Below the pieces are notes generated by a model that saw nothing but the letters and a program-made list of their open reading frames with translations, searched no databases and was not told the DNA's origin. DNA of 64,000 bases from Candidatus Fervidifonticultor secundus (GTDB lineage: Bacteria; Sysuimicrobiota; Sysuimicrobiia; Sysuimicrobiales; Humicultoraceae): positions 96,001 to 160,000 of the forward strand of contig JAVKIP010000003.1 in NCBI GenBank assembly GCA_031459385.1, written 5' to 3'. This document shows, piece by piece, positions 20,837 to 30,201 of this stretch. A program made the position numbers and the translations under genes. Numbering within the stretch: the first letter of the stretch is position 1; each line of letters opens with the position of its first letter.

Positions 20837-21622
20837 ATGCGGTCCGCCGCTGCCGGGCCGCTGGTCCCGCCGGGCCGCTGGAAGACGTGGGCCGGCCTGG
20901 CGGCGTTCGCCCTGGCCTACCTGTGGGCCATCCAGCGGGTCGAGATCAGCGCCGCGCGCCTGGTGGGGGGCCTCCCCCTGCTGGCCCGCATCCTGGGCCT
21001 GATGTTGTCGCCGGACTGGTCCTGGCTGGGCCGATCGGTGGCCGGCATGGCCGTCTCGGTCCAGATCGCGGTGCTGGGCACCACCACCGGGATGGTCCTG
21101 GCCGTCCCCCTGGCGTTCGTGGCCGCGGCGAACATCGGCCGGCCTGCCGCCAGCCTGGTGGGCAAGCAGCTGCTGAATCTCATCCGGACGTTCCCGGAGA
21201 TCATCCTGGCGGTGTTCTTCGTGGCAGCGTACGGGCCGGGGCCCCTGGCGGGCATGATGGCCATCGGCCTGCACTCGTCCGGCAGCCTCGGCAAGCTCTA
21301 CGCCGAGGTGGTGGAGACCATCGACCCCGGGCCCCTGGAGGCCCTGCGGGCCGCCGGCGCGACCCGGTGGAGGGTCTTCCGTTTCGCAGTGCTCCCCCAG
21401 GTGCTGCCGGAGTTCCTGGCCCTCTCCCTCTACCGGCTCGAGATCAATGCCCGCGCCGCCTCGGTGCTGGGCCTGGTGGGCGCCGGCGGCATCGGGACGC
21501 TGCTGGTGCAGGCGCTGCAGTTCCGCCGGTGGGAGGTGGTCGGTGTGGCCCTGCTCGTCATCGTCGTCGCCGTCGTTGTCATCGACACCGTCAGCGCCGC
21601 GCTGCGACGGCGGCTGGTCTGA
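20837..21622 (+). CDS. phnE: Phosphonate ABC permease (second copy)
   Basis: RTFPE, GPLEALRAAGA, LGLVGAGGIG. Confidence 0.92.
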   Translation: MRSAAAGPLVPPGRWKTWAGLAAFALAYLWAIQRVEISAARLVGGLPLLARILGLMLSPDWSWLGRSVAGMAVSVQIAVLGTTTGMVLAVPLAFVAAANIGRPAASLVGKQLLNLIRTFPEIILAVFFVAAYGPGPLAGMMAIGLHSSGSLGKLYAEVVETIDPGPLEALRAAGATRWRVFRFAVLPQVLPEFLALSLYRLEINARAASVLGLVGAGGIGTLLVQALQFRRWEVVGVALLVIVVAVVVIDTVSAALRRRLV

Positions 21623-21641
21623 GTCAGCCGCAGGACGGCCC

Positions 21642-24398
21642 TCACGGCCCCGTCGCCTGGCGCAGCTCCTCCAGCAGGGCGCCCAACCGCTCCATCTCGC
21701 GGCCGTAGCCGGTCAGGTCGCCGGCCCGCAGCCGCTCCTGCGCGCGGCGGTAGGTGGCCAGCGCGTCCGCCGCCAGGACACGGGCCCGATCCGAGGTCAC
21801 GCCGCCCGGTGTTGCGCCAGACGGGGGCCCGGCCGCACTGCCCGGAGCCGGGCCGGATGGCGCGGCCGCGGCGCCTGCATCCGGCGGGGCCGGGCGCCCT
21901 GGCGGCTGCGTCCCGAACAACGCAGCCAACGCCTCGTCCAGCGTGGGGGCCATGACGATGCGCGCGCCGCTGATGGCGATGATGCGCTTCAGCTCCGGCA
22001 ACTGGCTGCGCTCCGCCTGCAGGTACAGGGGCTCCACGTAGAGCAGCCCCTCCTCGATGGGGATGACCAGCAGGTTGCCGCGGATCACCTGCGAGCCCTG
22101 CTGGTTCCACAACGAGAGCTGCTGGGAGATGAACGGATCCTGATCGATGCGCGACTCGACCTGCAGCGGGCCGAACACCGTCCGCGCCTTGGGGAACCGG
22201 TAGACGACCAGCTGGCCGTAGTGCGGTGGATCGTTGCGGGCGGCCATCCAGGCGATCAGGTTCTCGCGGCCGGCCGAGACCAGGGGCAGGATCAGCACGA
22301 ACTCAGGGGCGGAGCCTTCCGCCAGGCGCATCGTGACGTAATAGGGCTCCATGCGGATCGTCTCGTTGCCGAAGATCTCCCGCGGGATCGCCCACACATC
22401 CTCCCGGTTGTAGAAGACCTGCGGATCGCGCATGTGGTACGTGGCGTACACCTGCGCCTGGACCTCGAACAGGTCCACCGGGTACCGCAGGTGGGCGGCG
22501 ATCGCGGGCGGCATCTGCGTCGCCGGCCGGAACAGCTCCGGGAAGACGGCGGCCAGCGTCCGCAGGATGGGCTCGTCGGGCTGCACCGCATAGAACGTCA
22601 CCGCGCCGTCGTAGGCGTCCACGACGACCTTGACGCTGTTGCGCATGTAGTTCACGTCGCCAAACGGCGCCGCGTACGGGTAGCGGCCGGTGACGGTATA
22701 GGCGTCGATCACCCAGACGAGCCGGCCGTCGGCCACCACCAGGTAGGGGTCGCGATCGTAGCGCAGGAAGGGCGCGATGCGCGCCACGCGCTGCGTGATC
22801 TGCCGCGCGAAGAGCAGGCGGCTCCCGGCGTGGATGTCGGTGGACAGTGCCAGCTTCAGGTCGCCGAACCGGTAAGCGAGCGCCAGGCGGGGCAGGTACC
22901 CCAGACGGATGCCCCCTTTGCCTGCGTAACGCGTGTACGCGTTGTCGTCGCCCTGCGGGTAGTCGAACTCGCGCACGCGGGTGTTGACCACGACGTAGTC
23001 GGTGGTCAGCTCGCCGTAGTAGATCTCGGGCCGGGTGACGACGATCCCGCGGACTGTCTGCAGGGGGATGTCGCGGACGAAGAATTCGGGCATCCCCTCT
23101 TCCGAGATCTCGTTCACCGGGCTCATGACGAGCCCATAGCCGTGCGTGTAGACCAGGTGGCGGTTGACCCAGTTCCGGGCCTGCGGGGGCAGCTGGGCGG
23201 TCGCCAGCTCGCGGGCGGCCAGCATCACCTGCCGCGGCCGGCCGTTGATGACGTACCGGTCGATGTCCACGTCGGAGAAGACGTAGTAACGGCGGAAGCT
23301 CTGCAGCTGGCCATAGGCGCGCAGCAGCGGGCGGTAGTCCCACAGGCGGACGTTCTCCACCGTGGCGCGGTTGCGGGCGATGGCCGAGGCCTCCAGCGGC
23401 GCGGTGGGGAACTCGCGCTCGCGCACCCCCTCGAGCCCGAAGGCGCGCAGCGTGGACGCCACGGCATGCCGGATGTACGGCGTCTCCGCCGTGAGCTCGT
23501 TGGGCCGTACGCGCACCGCCTGCACGAAGCCCGGGTAGACCACCAGGCCCACCGCCCACGCGGCCACGATCAGGAACACGGTGGCCAGGGCGAACCGCAC
23601 GGTACGCAGCCAGGCGTTGGCCACGAGCAGCAGGCCGCAGGCGGCGAAGAGCACCGTCAACACCCGCAGGGCCGGCAGCACCGCGTGCACGTCGGTGTAG
23701 GAGGCCCCGAACGCCGCCCCCCGCGTCGAGTAGAGCAGGTCGAACCCATCAAGCCAGAACCCGGCGCCCCGCACCAGCACCGCAGCGCCGAGCAGCAGCG
23801 AGAGGTGCGCGCGGACCCCCGGCGGGGCCACCCACACCCCGCGCAGCATCAGCCGCCCGTACGCCGACGCGTAGCCCACCGCTGCGCCGGCAGTGAGCAC
23901 CACCAGCCAGGCGAACAACCCGTCGGCGATGAGCCGGTAGACCGGGAGCCGGAACACGTAGAAGCCCACGTCACGGCCGAAGAGCGGGTCGACCTGGCCG
24001 AACGGCGTCGCGCGCAGGAACTGCTGGAGGGCCACCCACTCCCGCGAGGCCGCGATCCCACCCGCCGCAGCGACGGCCACGAGCGCCCATCCCCACCAGC
24101 CGGTGGGCCCCCGCCGCGGGCGTACCCCCCGGTAGCGGCCGCCGCCACGGTCGATCAGTTCCAGCACCTCGGCGCGGCTGGCGCGGAGCACGGGACGCAG
24201 GTTGACGTACGCCAGCCCCCAGAGCACGCCACCGACCACGACGGCCACTGCCAGTCGGGAGATCAGCGGCACCCAGAAGACCCGCACATAGCCGACCTCG
24301 TGGAACCACAGCCAGTCCGTGTACCACCGGGCCAGCGCGGGCCCCAGGATCAGGAAGACGATGACGAGCGCCCACAGCAGCCACCGCAGTCGAGGCAT
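21642..24398 (-). CDS. UPF0182 family membrane protein
   Basis: YTDWLWF, DPLFG.D.GFY.F.LP, NVRLWD, HLVYTHGYG, NYMRNSVK, GNLLVIP. Confidence 0.93.
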   Translation of the reverse strand: MPRLRWLLWALVIVFLILGPALARWYTDWLWFHEVGYVRVFWVPLISRLAVAVVVGGVLWGLAYVNLRPVLRASRAEVLELIDRGGGRYRGVRPRRGPTGWWGWALVAVAAAGGIAASREWVALQQFLRATPFGQVDPLFGRDVGFYVFRLPVYRLIADGLFAWLVVLTAGAAVGYASAYGRLMLRGVWVAPPGVRAHLSLLLGAAVLVRGAGFWLDGFDLLYSTRGAAFGASYTDVHAVLPALRVLTVLFAACGLLLVANAWLRTVRFALATVFLIVAAWAVGLVVYPGFVQAVRVRPNELTAETPYIRHAVASTLRAFGLEGVREREFPTAPLEASAIARNRATVENVRLWDYRPLLRAYGQLQSFRRYYVFSDVDIDRYVINGRPRQVMLAARELATAQLPPQARNWVNRHLVYTHGYGLVMSPVNEISEEGMPEFFVRDIPLQTVRGIVVTRPEIYYGELTTDYVVVNTRVREFDYPQGDDNAYTRYAGKGGIRLGYLPRLALAYRFGDLKLALSTDIHAGSRLLFARQITQRVARIAPFLRYDRDPYLVVADGRLVWVIDAYTVTGRYPYAAPFGDVNYMRNSVKVVVDAYDGAVTFYAVQPDEPILRTLAAVFPELFRPATQMPPAIAAHLRYPVDLFEVQAQVYATYHMRDPQVFYNREDVWAIPREIFGNETIRMEPYYVTMRLAEGSAPEFVLILPLVSAGRENLIAWMAARNDPPHYGQLVVYRFPKARTVFGPLQVESRIDQDPFISQQLSLWNQQGSQVIRGNLLVIPIEEGLLYVEPLYLQAERSQLPELKRIIAISGARIVMAPTLDEALAALFGTQPPGRPAPPDAGAAAAPSGPAPGSAAGPPSGATPGGVTSDRARVLAADALATYRRAQERLRAGDLTGYGREMERLGALLEELRQATGP

Positions 24399-24491
24399 GA
24401 CCCACCCGCCCCTCCGCGTTCCTCGTGCGCCGGTCCGCCGCAGCGTGCCGGCGCCCGGCCCCGACCGCCCCGCGCCCGCAGAGCCGGGCGT

Positions 24492-24521
24492 TTGACCCTG
24501 CCTGCGGAGGACCGGTATAAT
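24492..24521 (+). promoter_or_regulatory. sigma70-type promoter
   Basis: TTGACC-N18-TATAAT upstream of the DUF59 gene. Confidence 0.6.
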
Positions 24522-24564
24522 GAAACGAACCCTGCGGCCCGGGGCCGGTGCGAAGGAATTCGCG

Positions 24565-24882
24565 ATGGAGGACGCAATCACCCGCGAGCGCGTCGTCGAG
24601 GTCTTGAAGACGGTCTTCGACCCGGAGATCCCCGTGAACATCTGGGATCTGGGGTTGATCTACGACCTGCGCATCGACGGCGAGAACGTCGGCATCACGA
24701 TGACCCTGACCGCACCCGGCTGCCCCGTGGGTCCGATGATCGCCGCCGAGATCGAGAACAAGCTACAGGCGATCGGCGCCGAGGCTGTCACTGTGGAGTT
24801 CGTCTGGACCCCGCCGTGGACGACCGACAAGGTGACCGACGAAGGCCGGCTGCAGCTCCAGACGATGGGCATTCCCGTCTAG
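24565..24882 (+). CDS. Metal-sulfur cluster assembly factor (DUF59/SufT-like)
   Basis: DPEIPVNIWDLGLIY, TLTAPGCP, PPW. Confidence 0.92.
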   Translation: MEDAITRERVVEVLKTVFDPEIPVNIWDLGLIYDLRIDGENVGITMTLTAPGCPVGPMIAAEIENKLQAIGAEAVTVEFVWTPPWTTDKVTDEGRLQLQTMGIPV

Positions 24883-24977
24883 CCGCCCGGCCGGTCCGCC
24901 GCGCCGTCGACCGCAGCCTGCCAGGAGGCGCGCCATCACCGTAGACGGCATCCCGTTGGCCCTCGTGGAGGACCGCG

Positions 24978-25499
24978 GTGCCTGACCGACCGCGGCAGGG
25001 CAAGGGCCGACCGCGGTCTCCACAGGCCGTGGCGGCGCGGCGTCCCAGCCCCGCGCCGTGGGCCGCCGCCGCCGTCGCGCTCGTGGCCGTGGTGGGAGTG
25101 CTGGTGGTGCTGGGGAGCCGGCCGGCGCCGCGCCTCCCGCGCATCGGAGACCACTGGCACGCGCCGTTCCGGGTCGTGCTGTGCGGCGAGCGCACGCCGC
25201 CGCTGCCGCCGTCGCCGGGCAACGTCCACACCCACGGCGACGACGTCATCCACATCCATCCTGCCCTGCCCGAGGAGGCAGGCCGCAACGCGACCCTGGG
25301 CGCCTTCCTGCGCAGCGTCGGCATGCAGGTGACCGAGACGTCCCTCACAGTGCGCGGCGTGACCTACACCACCGGTGACCGCTGTCCCGACGGCCGCACC
25401 GGGCGCGTGGCCGTGCTGGTGAACGGGAAGCCCATCCAGAAGGTCGACGCCTACGCGCCGGCAGACGGCGACCAGATCGAGTTCCGGTTCGGCCCGTGA
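24978..25499 (+). CDS. Membrane-anchored His-motif hypothetical protein
   Basis: One TM segment, then DHWHA...CG...VHTHGDDVIHIHP. Confidence 0.7.
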   Translation: MPDRPRQGKGRPRSPQAVAARRPSPAPWAAAAVALVAVVGVLVVLGSRPAPRLPRIGDHWHAPFRVVLCGERTPPLPPSPGNVHTHGDDVIHIHPALPEEAGRNATLGAFLRSVGMQVTETSLTVRGVTYTTGDRCPDGRTGRVAVLVNGKPIQKVDAYAPADGDQIEFRFGP

Positions 25500-25930
25500 G
25501 CCTCCGCGGGCGGCCGCGCCTCCCGTCGACCGGGGTCTTCCTGCTGGCCGCTGTCCTCCTGGCGGCGGCGTGCAGCCGCGCGCGCGGGCAGGCGCTGGGC
25601 GACCTCCGCTTCTTCCCCGGTGCCACCGTGGTGGGCACCGCCGCATTCGTCGGCGAAGCCTACGGGTTTCCCCGCGCCGCCTGGGAGCAGGTCGAGCTCC
25701 GCTCCGAGGCGCGCTACGAGCAGGTGCGCGACTTCTACCAGCGGTTGCAGATCGGGGGCTGGACGGGCACGTTCGAGAGCGAGACGCGCAAGAGTGACGG
25801 CCGGCGCTACACGCGCTACCTCGTGGACAGCCGCCGCCAGCGCTTCTACGTCGTCGTCGTGGAAGAACGGCGGCGCGCCCACGACGTCGCGATCCTGCTG
25901 CGGCGGGGCCGCGGCCAGGGCCGCCCCTGA
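25496..25930 (+). CDS. Hypothetical lipoprotein
   Basis: Lipobox-like LAAAC after a hydrophobic stretch; overlaps the upstream stop codon. Confidence 0.65.
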   Translation: MSLRGRPRLPSTGVFLLAAVLLAAACSRARGQALGDLRFFPGATVVGTAAFVGEAYGFPRAAWEQVELRSEARYEQVRDFYQRLQIGGWTGTFESETRKSDGRRYTRYLVDSRRQRFYVVVVEERRRAHDVAILLRRGRGQGRP

Positions 25931-25988
25931 GCGCCGGGGACGCCCGCGGCTGTTGCCATCGCGCGGGGGCGCATGCTATGCTCCACCC

Positions 25989-26140
25989 ATCGACCACCGT
26001 GTCCAGGTGGCTGACGAGAAAGGAGGTGAGGCCGACGATGAAACCGCAGACCCCGGCCCACCGGTGGAGGATGTCCCGGTAGCGACCCCGCGCACGCGCG
26101 GGAGGCGTCCTGGCTCGGTGGGCCGGGGCGCTTTTCTTTT
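25989..26140 (+). ncRNA. Candidate structured small RNA carrying a 14-aa sORF (26038-26082)
   Basis: Promoter-like TTGCCA-N18-TATGCT; AGAAAGGAGGTGA; 13-bp perfect stem 26051-26063/26116-26128; T-rich tail. Confidence 0.5.
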
Positions 26141-26256
26141 GGGCCCAGACCGCGCTCGGGCTGCGCCCCCGCGGCAGGAGTTCGGGCGCGCCACCGCGTA
26201 TCACCGCGCAAGCGGGTCGCCCCGACCGTGGGCCCGACAGCGTCGCACACCCGATC

Positions 26257-27657
26257 GTGACGACACATCGCGCCTCGCGACGCCCCCTGAATGTCTCTGG
26301 GCTGCTGGTCGGCCTAGCCGTCCTCCTCTGCCCGCGCCCCGCGCATGCCGTCACCCCGGCGCGTCTGCTCGACGTCCAGTGGTCGTCCAGCGGGCCGGCT
26401 GTCTATGTCGTGACACGGCTCGCGGGTGCCGTCCGGTACCGCACTACGACCGTCGCGGGGACCGTTGTCGTGGACCTGTGGACCGTGGAAGGCCAGGCCG
26501 ACCGCGTCGTGGCCGTTGGCCACGGGGCCGTGGACCAGGTCATGATACGCCGCCTGACGCCCGAGGTGATCCGGCTGGAGATCGGACTGCGGGGACCCGC
26601 ACGGTACAGGGTCTACACCGGCACCGACCGTCTGACCGTCGCGGTCTTTCCGCCGGCGTGGAGCAGCGTGCCGCTTCCTCAGAGTGTGGCGTACGAGCGG
26701 TTGCGCGTCCCCAGCGGTGCGCGCCACGCCACCGTCCACGTGGTGACGCTGGACCCGCAGGCGCTGGAGATCCGCCCGGCGCTGGGCGGCGTGGTCGTCA
26801 AGGCCACCGAGCCGACCAGCCTGGCCGCCACGCGGCTGGCAGCGGTGGCGGCGATCAACGGCTCGTACTACTCGCACGCAGGGCTGCCCCTGGGGCTGAT
26901 CGTCATCAACGGCCGCATTCTTTCGGCGCCGCTCGAGCGCCGCGCGGTCTTCGCCGTCGACCGTGCGGGCCGGCCCTGGATCGGCGAGACGGCCTTCAGC
27001 GGTCGCGTCGTCACCGACACGGGGCTCGCGGTGCCCATCTCCGCCATCAACCGGCCGCCGCGGTGGAACGGCCTGGCGCTCTACACGCCGGAGTTCGGCC
27101 CGCTGACGCCCCCGCAAGCGTTGCTGGCCATCGTCCGGGAGGATCGTGTCGTCTCGTTCACACGCGGCCGCCCGGTGATTCCTCCGGACGGCTACGCGCT
27201 GGCCGCCGCAGAGTCGCAGCAGGCGATGCTGCAGGACATCCGGATCGGCCAGCCGCTTCTCCTGCACCTCGGCCTCAGCCCTGACGGGATCAAGCACGCG
27301 CTGCAGGGCGGGCCGCGCCTGGTGCGCGACGGCCGCGTGGACATCCCGTACGCATGGGAGCGCTTCTCGCCGGCCTTCTTCCGCGTCCGCACGGCGCGGT
27401 CGGCGGTGGCGATCACGCGGGCCGGCAAGGTGCTGTTCGTCACCGTAGACCGGCCCGGGCACGGCAGCGCCGGGATGGACCTGGCGGGCTTGGCGGCGCT
27501 GCTGGTGCGGCTCGGCGCGCGCGACGCCATGAACCTCGACGGCGGCGGCTCCGCGACGCTGGTCGTCGGCGGGCGCGTGGTGAGCGCCCTCCCCCACGGC
27601 GGCGAGCGCACCGTCTCGTCGGTGCTGGTCGCCCTCCCCCGACCCGACGAGCCGTAG
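26257..27657 (+). CDS. Exported phosphodiester glycosidase (NAGPA/DUF2233) family protein
   Basis: AAINGSYY, GGPRLV, ARSAVA, AMNLDGGGS. Confidence 0.9.
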   Translation: MTTHRASRRPLNVSGLLVGLAVLLCPRPAHAVTPARLLDVQWSSSGPAVYVVTRLAGAVRYRTTTVAGTVVVDLWTVEGQADRVVAVGHGAVDQVMIRRLTPEVIRLEIGLRGPARYRVYTGTDRLTVAVFPPAWSSVPLPQSVAYERLRVPSGARHATVHVVTLDPQALEIRPALGGVVVKATEPTSLAATRLAAVAAINGSYYSHAGLPLGLIVINGRILSAPLERRAVFAVDRAGRPWIGETAFSGRVVTDTGLAVPISAINRPPRWNGLALYTPEFGPLTPPQALLAIVREDRVVSFTRGRPVIPPDGYALAAAESQQAMLQDIRIGQPLLLHLGLSPDGIKHALQGGPRLVRDGRVDIPYAWERFSPAFFRVRTARSAVAITRAGKVLFVTVDRPGHGSAGMDLAGLAALLVRLGARDAMNLDGGGSATLVVGGRVVSALPHGGERTVSSVLVALPRPDEP

Positions 27658-27838
27658 CCTGCCCGCGCACGCCCACGGAACACTCGCGCCCGCCTCCGAC
27701 GTTACGTGGATGTTGCAGGATCTCTGGTAGTGTCATCTCGTGGCGTCGTGTCCGGCCCCGCGGCTGCACCGGCCATGGCGCCGCCGGGTAGGTACACGAC
27801 CTCGGACAGCGACATCTGGCTGGAGGGCAACCGGGCGC

Positions 27839-28576
27839 GTGCGCTATCCTCCCAAGCGCCAGGACGCCGAGTTTCTGGACACGCCGGGACAGGATCCGCG
27901 GGAGTTCGCGGGGCTGCTGGCGGCCGTGCGCCGCACCAACCGCTGGTACGGTGGCTACACGCTCGTCACCCGGTATCTGGAGCGCTTCGTGGCGCTGCTG
28001 CCCCGACGCCCCCTGACCGTGCTCGATGTCGCCACCGCCTCTGCCGACGTGCCGGCGGTCATGGCCGCCTGGGCCCGCCGGCGGCGGGTGCCGCTGCGCG
28101 TGATCGCCCTCGACAGGAGCCCCGAGATCCTGGCCGCGGCGCGGGGGATCGTGCGCCCCTGGCCCGAGATCGCGCTGGTGCGCGGCGACGCCCTGGCCCT
28201 GCCGTGCCCCGACCGGAGCGTGGACATCGTGACGTGCGCCCTGGCGCTGCACCACTTCACCTTTGACGCCGCGGCCCGCGTGTTGCACGAGATCGCACGC
28301 GTCGCGCGCAGCGGCTTCGTGGTCAACGACGTGCTGCGCTCGTGGCCCGCGTACCTGGGCGCCCTGGCCGATGTCTGGCTCCTCTCCCGCAACCGGCTGG
28401 CCCGGCACGACGGCCCGCTGTCGGTGTTGCGCGCGTTCACCTGGCCCGAAGTGCACGCGCTGGCGGCGGCGGCCGGCCTGCGCGACGTGGAGATCCGCCG
28501 TCACCGGTTGCAGCGGGTCGTGCTGGTGCGGTGGCCCGGCGGCGCCGTGCCGGATGCGCCGCGAGGTGCGCGCTGA
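27839..28576 (+). CDS. SAM-dependent methyltransferase
   Basis: VLDVATASAD, DIVTCALALHHF, HDGPLSVLRAF. Confidence 0.88.
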   Translation: MRYPPKRQDAEFLDTPGQDPREFAGLLAAVRRTNRWYGGYTLVTRYLERFVALLPRRPLTVLDVATASADVPAVMAAWARRRRVPLRVIALDRSPEILAAARGIVRPWPEIALVRGDALALPCPDRSVDIVTCALALHHFTFDAAARVLHEIARVARSGFVVNDVLRSWPAYLGALADVWLLSRNRLARHDGPLSVLRAFTWPEVHALAAAAGLRDVEIRRHRLQRVVLVRWPGGAVPDAPRGAR

Positions 28577-29748
28577 TGGACGCCGACGTGATCGTCGTCG
28601 GCGCGGGGCCTGCGGGCAGTGCCACCGCGCTGGGGCTCGCGCGAGCCGGCTGGCGCGTCCTCATCGTGGACCGCGCGGTCTTTCCACGGTTCAAGCCCTG
28701 CGGCGAGTACCTGAACCCAGCGGCCGTGGCCGCGCTGGACCGGCTCGGGCTGGGCGGCGAGGTCGCGGCGGCCGGCGCGTCCCTGTCGGGGATGTTCGTC
28801 GCCGGGCCGGACGGCGCGGCGTTCTGGGCGCCGTTCCCCTCCGGGCGCGGGCTGCTGGTGCCGCGGGCGCGGCTGGACGCGCTGCTGCTGGCGGCGGCGG
28901 CGCGCGCGGGCGTGCGCGTCATGGAAGGATGCCGGGTCGATGCGGCGCACCCTGGCCCGGCACCGACGGTGGGGGTGCGGTGCAGCGGCCGGAGCCTGCG
29001 CCTCGCCGCCCGCCTCGTGGTGGGCGCCGACGGCCTGCGGTCGGCCGTCGCGCGGTGGGCCGGCCCGTTGCGCCCGGCTGCGGGCGCCCGGTACACCGTG
29101 GGCGCGTACTTCGAAGGGTTGCGGGTCGCGGGGCCGCGGGGCGACCTCCATCTCGGCACCGCCTGCTACGCGGGCGCCGCGATCTACGGCGGGGGCGCGG
29201 GCAACGTCGTCGCCGCCGTGCCGGTGGCCTGGCTGCGCGCGCGCCGCGCGGCCGATGGAGCCTTCGCCGCGGCCGTAGCCGCGCTGCCGCTGCTGGCGCC
29301 CATGCTCGCGGGCGCCCGCCGGGTCTCGCCGTTCGCCGCCGTCGGCCCCCTGGGCTTCACGCGCCGTCCGGCCATCGCCGATGGCCTGCTCCTGGTCGGC
29401 GACGCCGCCGGCACGATCGACCCGATGACCGGGGAGGGCATCGCGCTGGCCCTGCGGGGGGCTGAGCTCGCGGTCGCGATCGCCGGGGCTGCGCTGGCCA
29501 CCGGGCCGGCGACCCGGCGGGCGCTAGTCGAATACGAGCGGGCACGCGCGCGCGCCTTCGGCGACACCTGGCGCGCGAGCCGGCTGCTCCAGTGGCTCGT
29601 GCGGCGCCCCCGCCTGCTCCCCAGGCTCGTGCGGCGGCTGGCAGCCCGCCCGCCGCTGGCGGCCGCGGTGCTCGGGGCCGTCAGCGAGGTGCGGCCGGCA
29701 GCCGACCTGCTGACGCCCCGCCGCCTCCTGGAACTGGTGACGCCCTGA
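28576..29748 (+). CDS. FAD-dependent oxidoreductase (geranylgeranyl reductase-like)
   Basis: VVGAGPAG, FPRFKPCGE, GADG, GDAAGTIDPMTGEGI. Confidence 0.9.
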   Translation: MDADVIVVGAGPAGSATALGLARAGWRVLIVDRAVFPRFKPCGEYLNPAAVAALDRLGLGGEVAAAGASLSGMFVAGPDGAAFWAPFPSGRGLLVPRARLDALLLAAAARAGVRVMEGCRVDAAHPGPAPTVGVRCSGRSLRLAARLVVGADGLRSAVARWAGPLRPAAGARYTVGAYFEGLRVAGPRGDLHLGTACYAGAAIYGGGAGNVVAAVPVAWLRARRAADGAFAAAVAALPLLAPMLAGARRVSPFAAVGPLGFTRRPAIADGLLLVGDAAGTIDPMTGEGIALALRGAELAVAIAGAALATGPATRRALVEYERARARAFGDTWRASRLLQWLVRRPRLLPRLVRRLAARPPLAAAVLGAVSEVRPAADLLTPRRLLELVTP

Positions 29749-30197
29749 TGCGCCTGACGCACCGCATCGTGATCGCCGCGCCGTTCGAGGCGGTCTTCGC
29801 CCTCGCGCGGGACGTCGAAGCCTGGACCACCCTGCTCCCCGAGTACCGCTGGTGCCGGGTGCTGGAGCGCGCGCCGGGCCGGCTGGTCTTCGCGATGGGC
29901 GGGTGGGTCCGCGGCTGGCCGGCGCGCTGGCTGGCCGTGCAGGAGACCGATCCGGCGCACGGCCGCATCACCTTCCGCCACATCGGCGGGCTCACGACGG
30001 GCATGCACGTCGAGTGGCGGCTCGCGCGCGCCGGCGACGCCGTCCGGGTCGAGATCGTCCACGACCTGGTGCTGCGGTGGCCGCTCGTCGGCCGCTGGGT
30101 CAGCGATCGGATCGTGGGGCCGCTCTTCATCGACCATATCGCCCGTCGGACCCTGGCCGCGGTGAAGGCGCGTGCGGAGGCCGCGGCGAGCGGGTAG
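29748..30197 (+). CDS. SRPBCC / polyketide cyclase family protein
   Basis: IAAP...F.LA.DVE.W..LLP START-like pattern; translationally coupled to the upstream gene. Confidence 0.85.
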   Translation: MRLTHRIVIAAPFEAVFALARDVEAWTTLLPEYRWCRVLERAPGRLVFAMGGWVRGWPARWLAVQETDPAHGRITFRHIGGLTTGMHVEWRLARAGDAVRVEIVHDLVLRWPLVGRWVSDRIVGPLFIDHIARRTLAAVKARAEAAASG

Positions 30198-30201
30198 CGC
30201 C

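Noticed and set aside
21447..24944. 1165-aa plus-strand ORF and similar long overlapping ORFs throughout the window
   Set aside because: These are antisense or shadow ORFs of well-supported genes in GC-rich DNA, with no family motifs.
26001..26046. Hammerhead-like core (GTC...CTGACGAG...GAAAC)
   Set aside because: Stems I, II and III cannot be formed around the core motifs.
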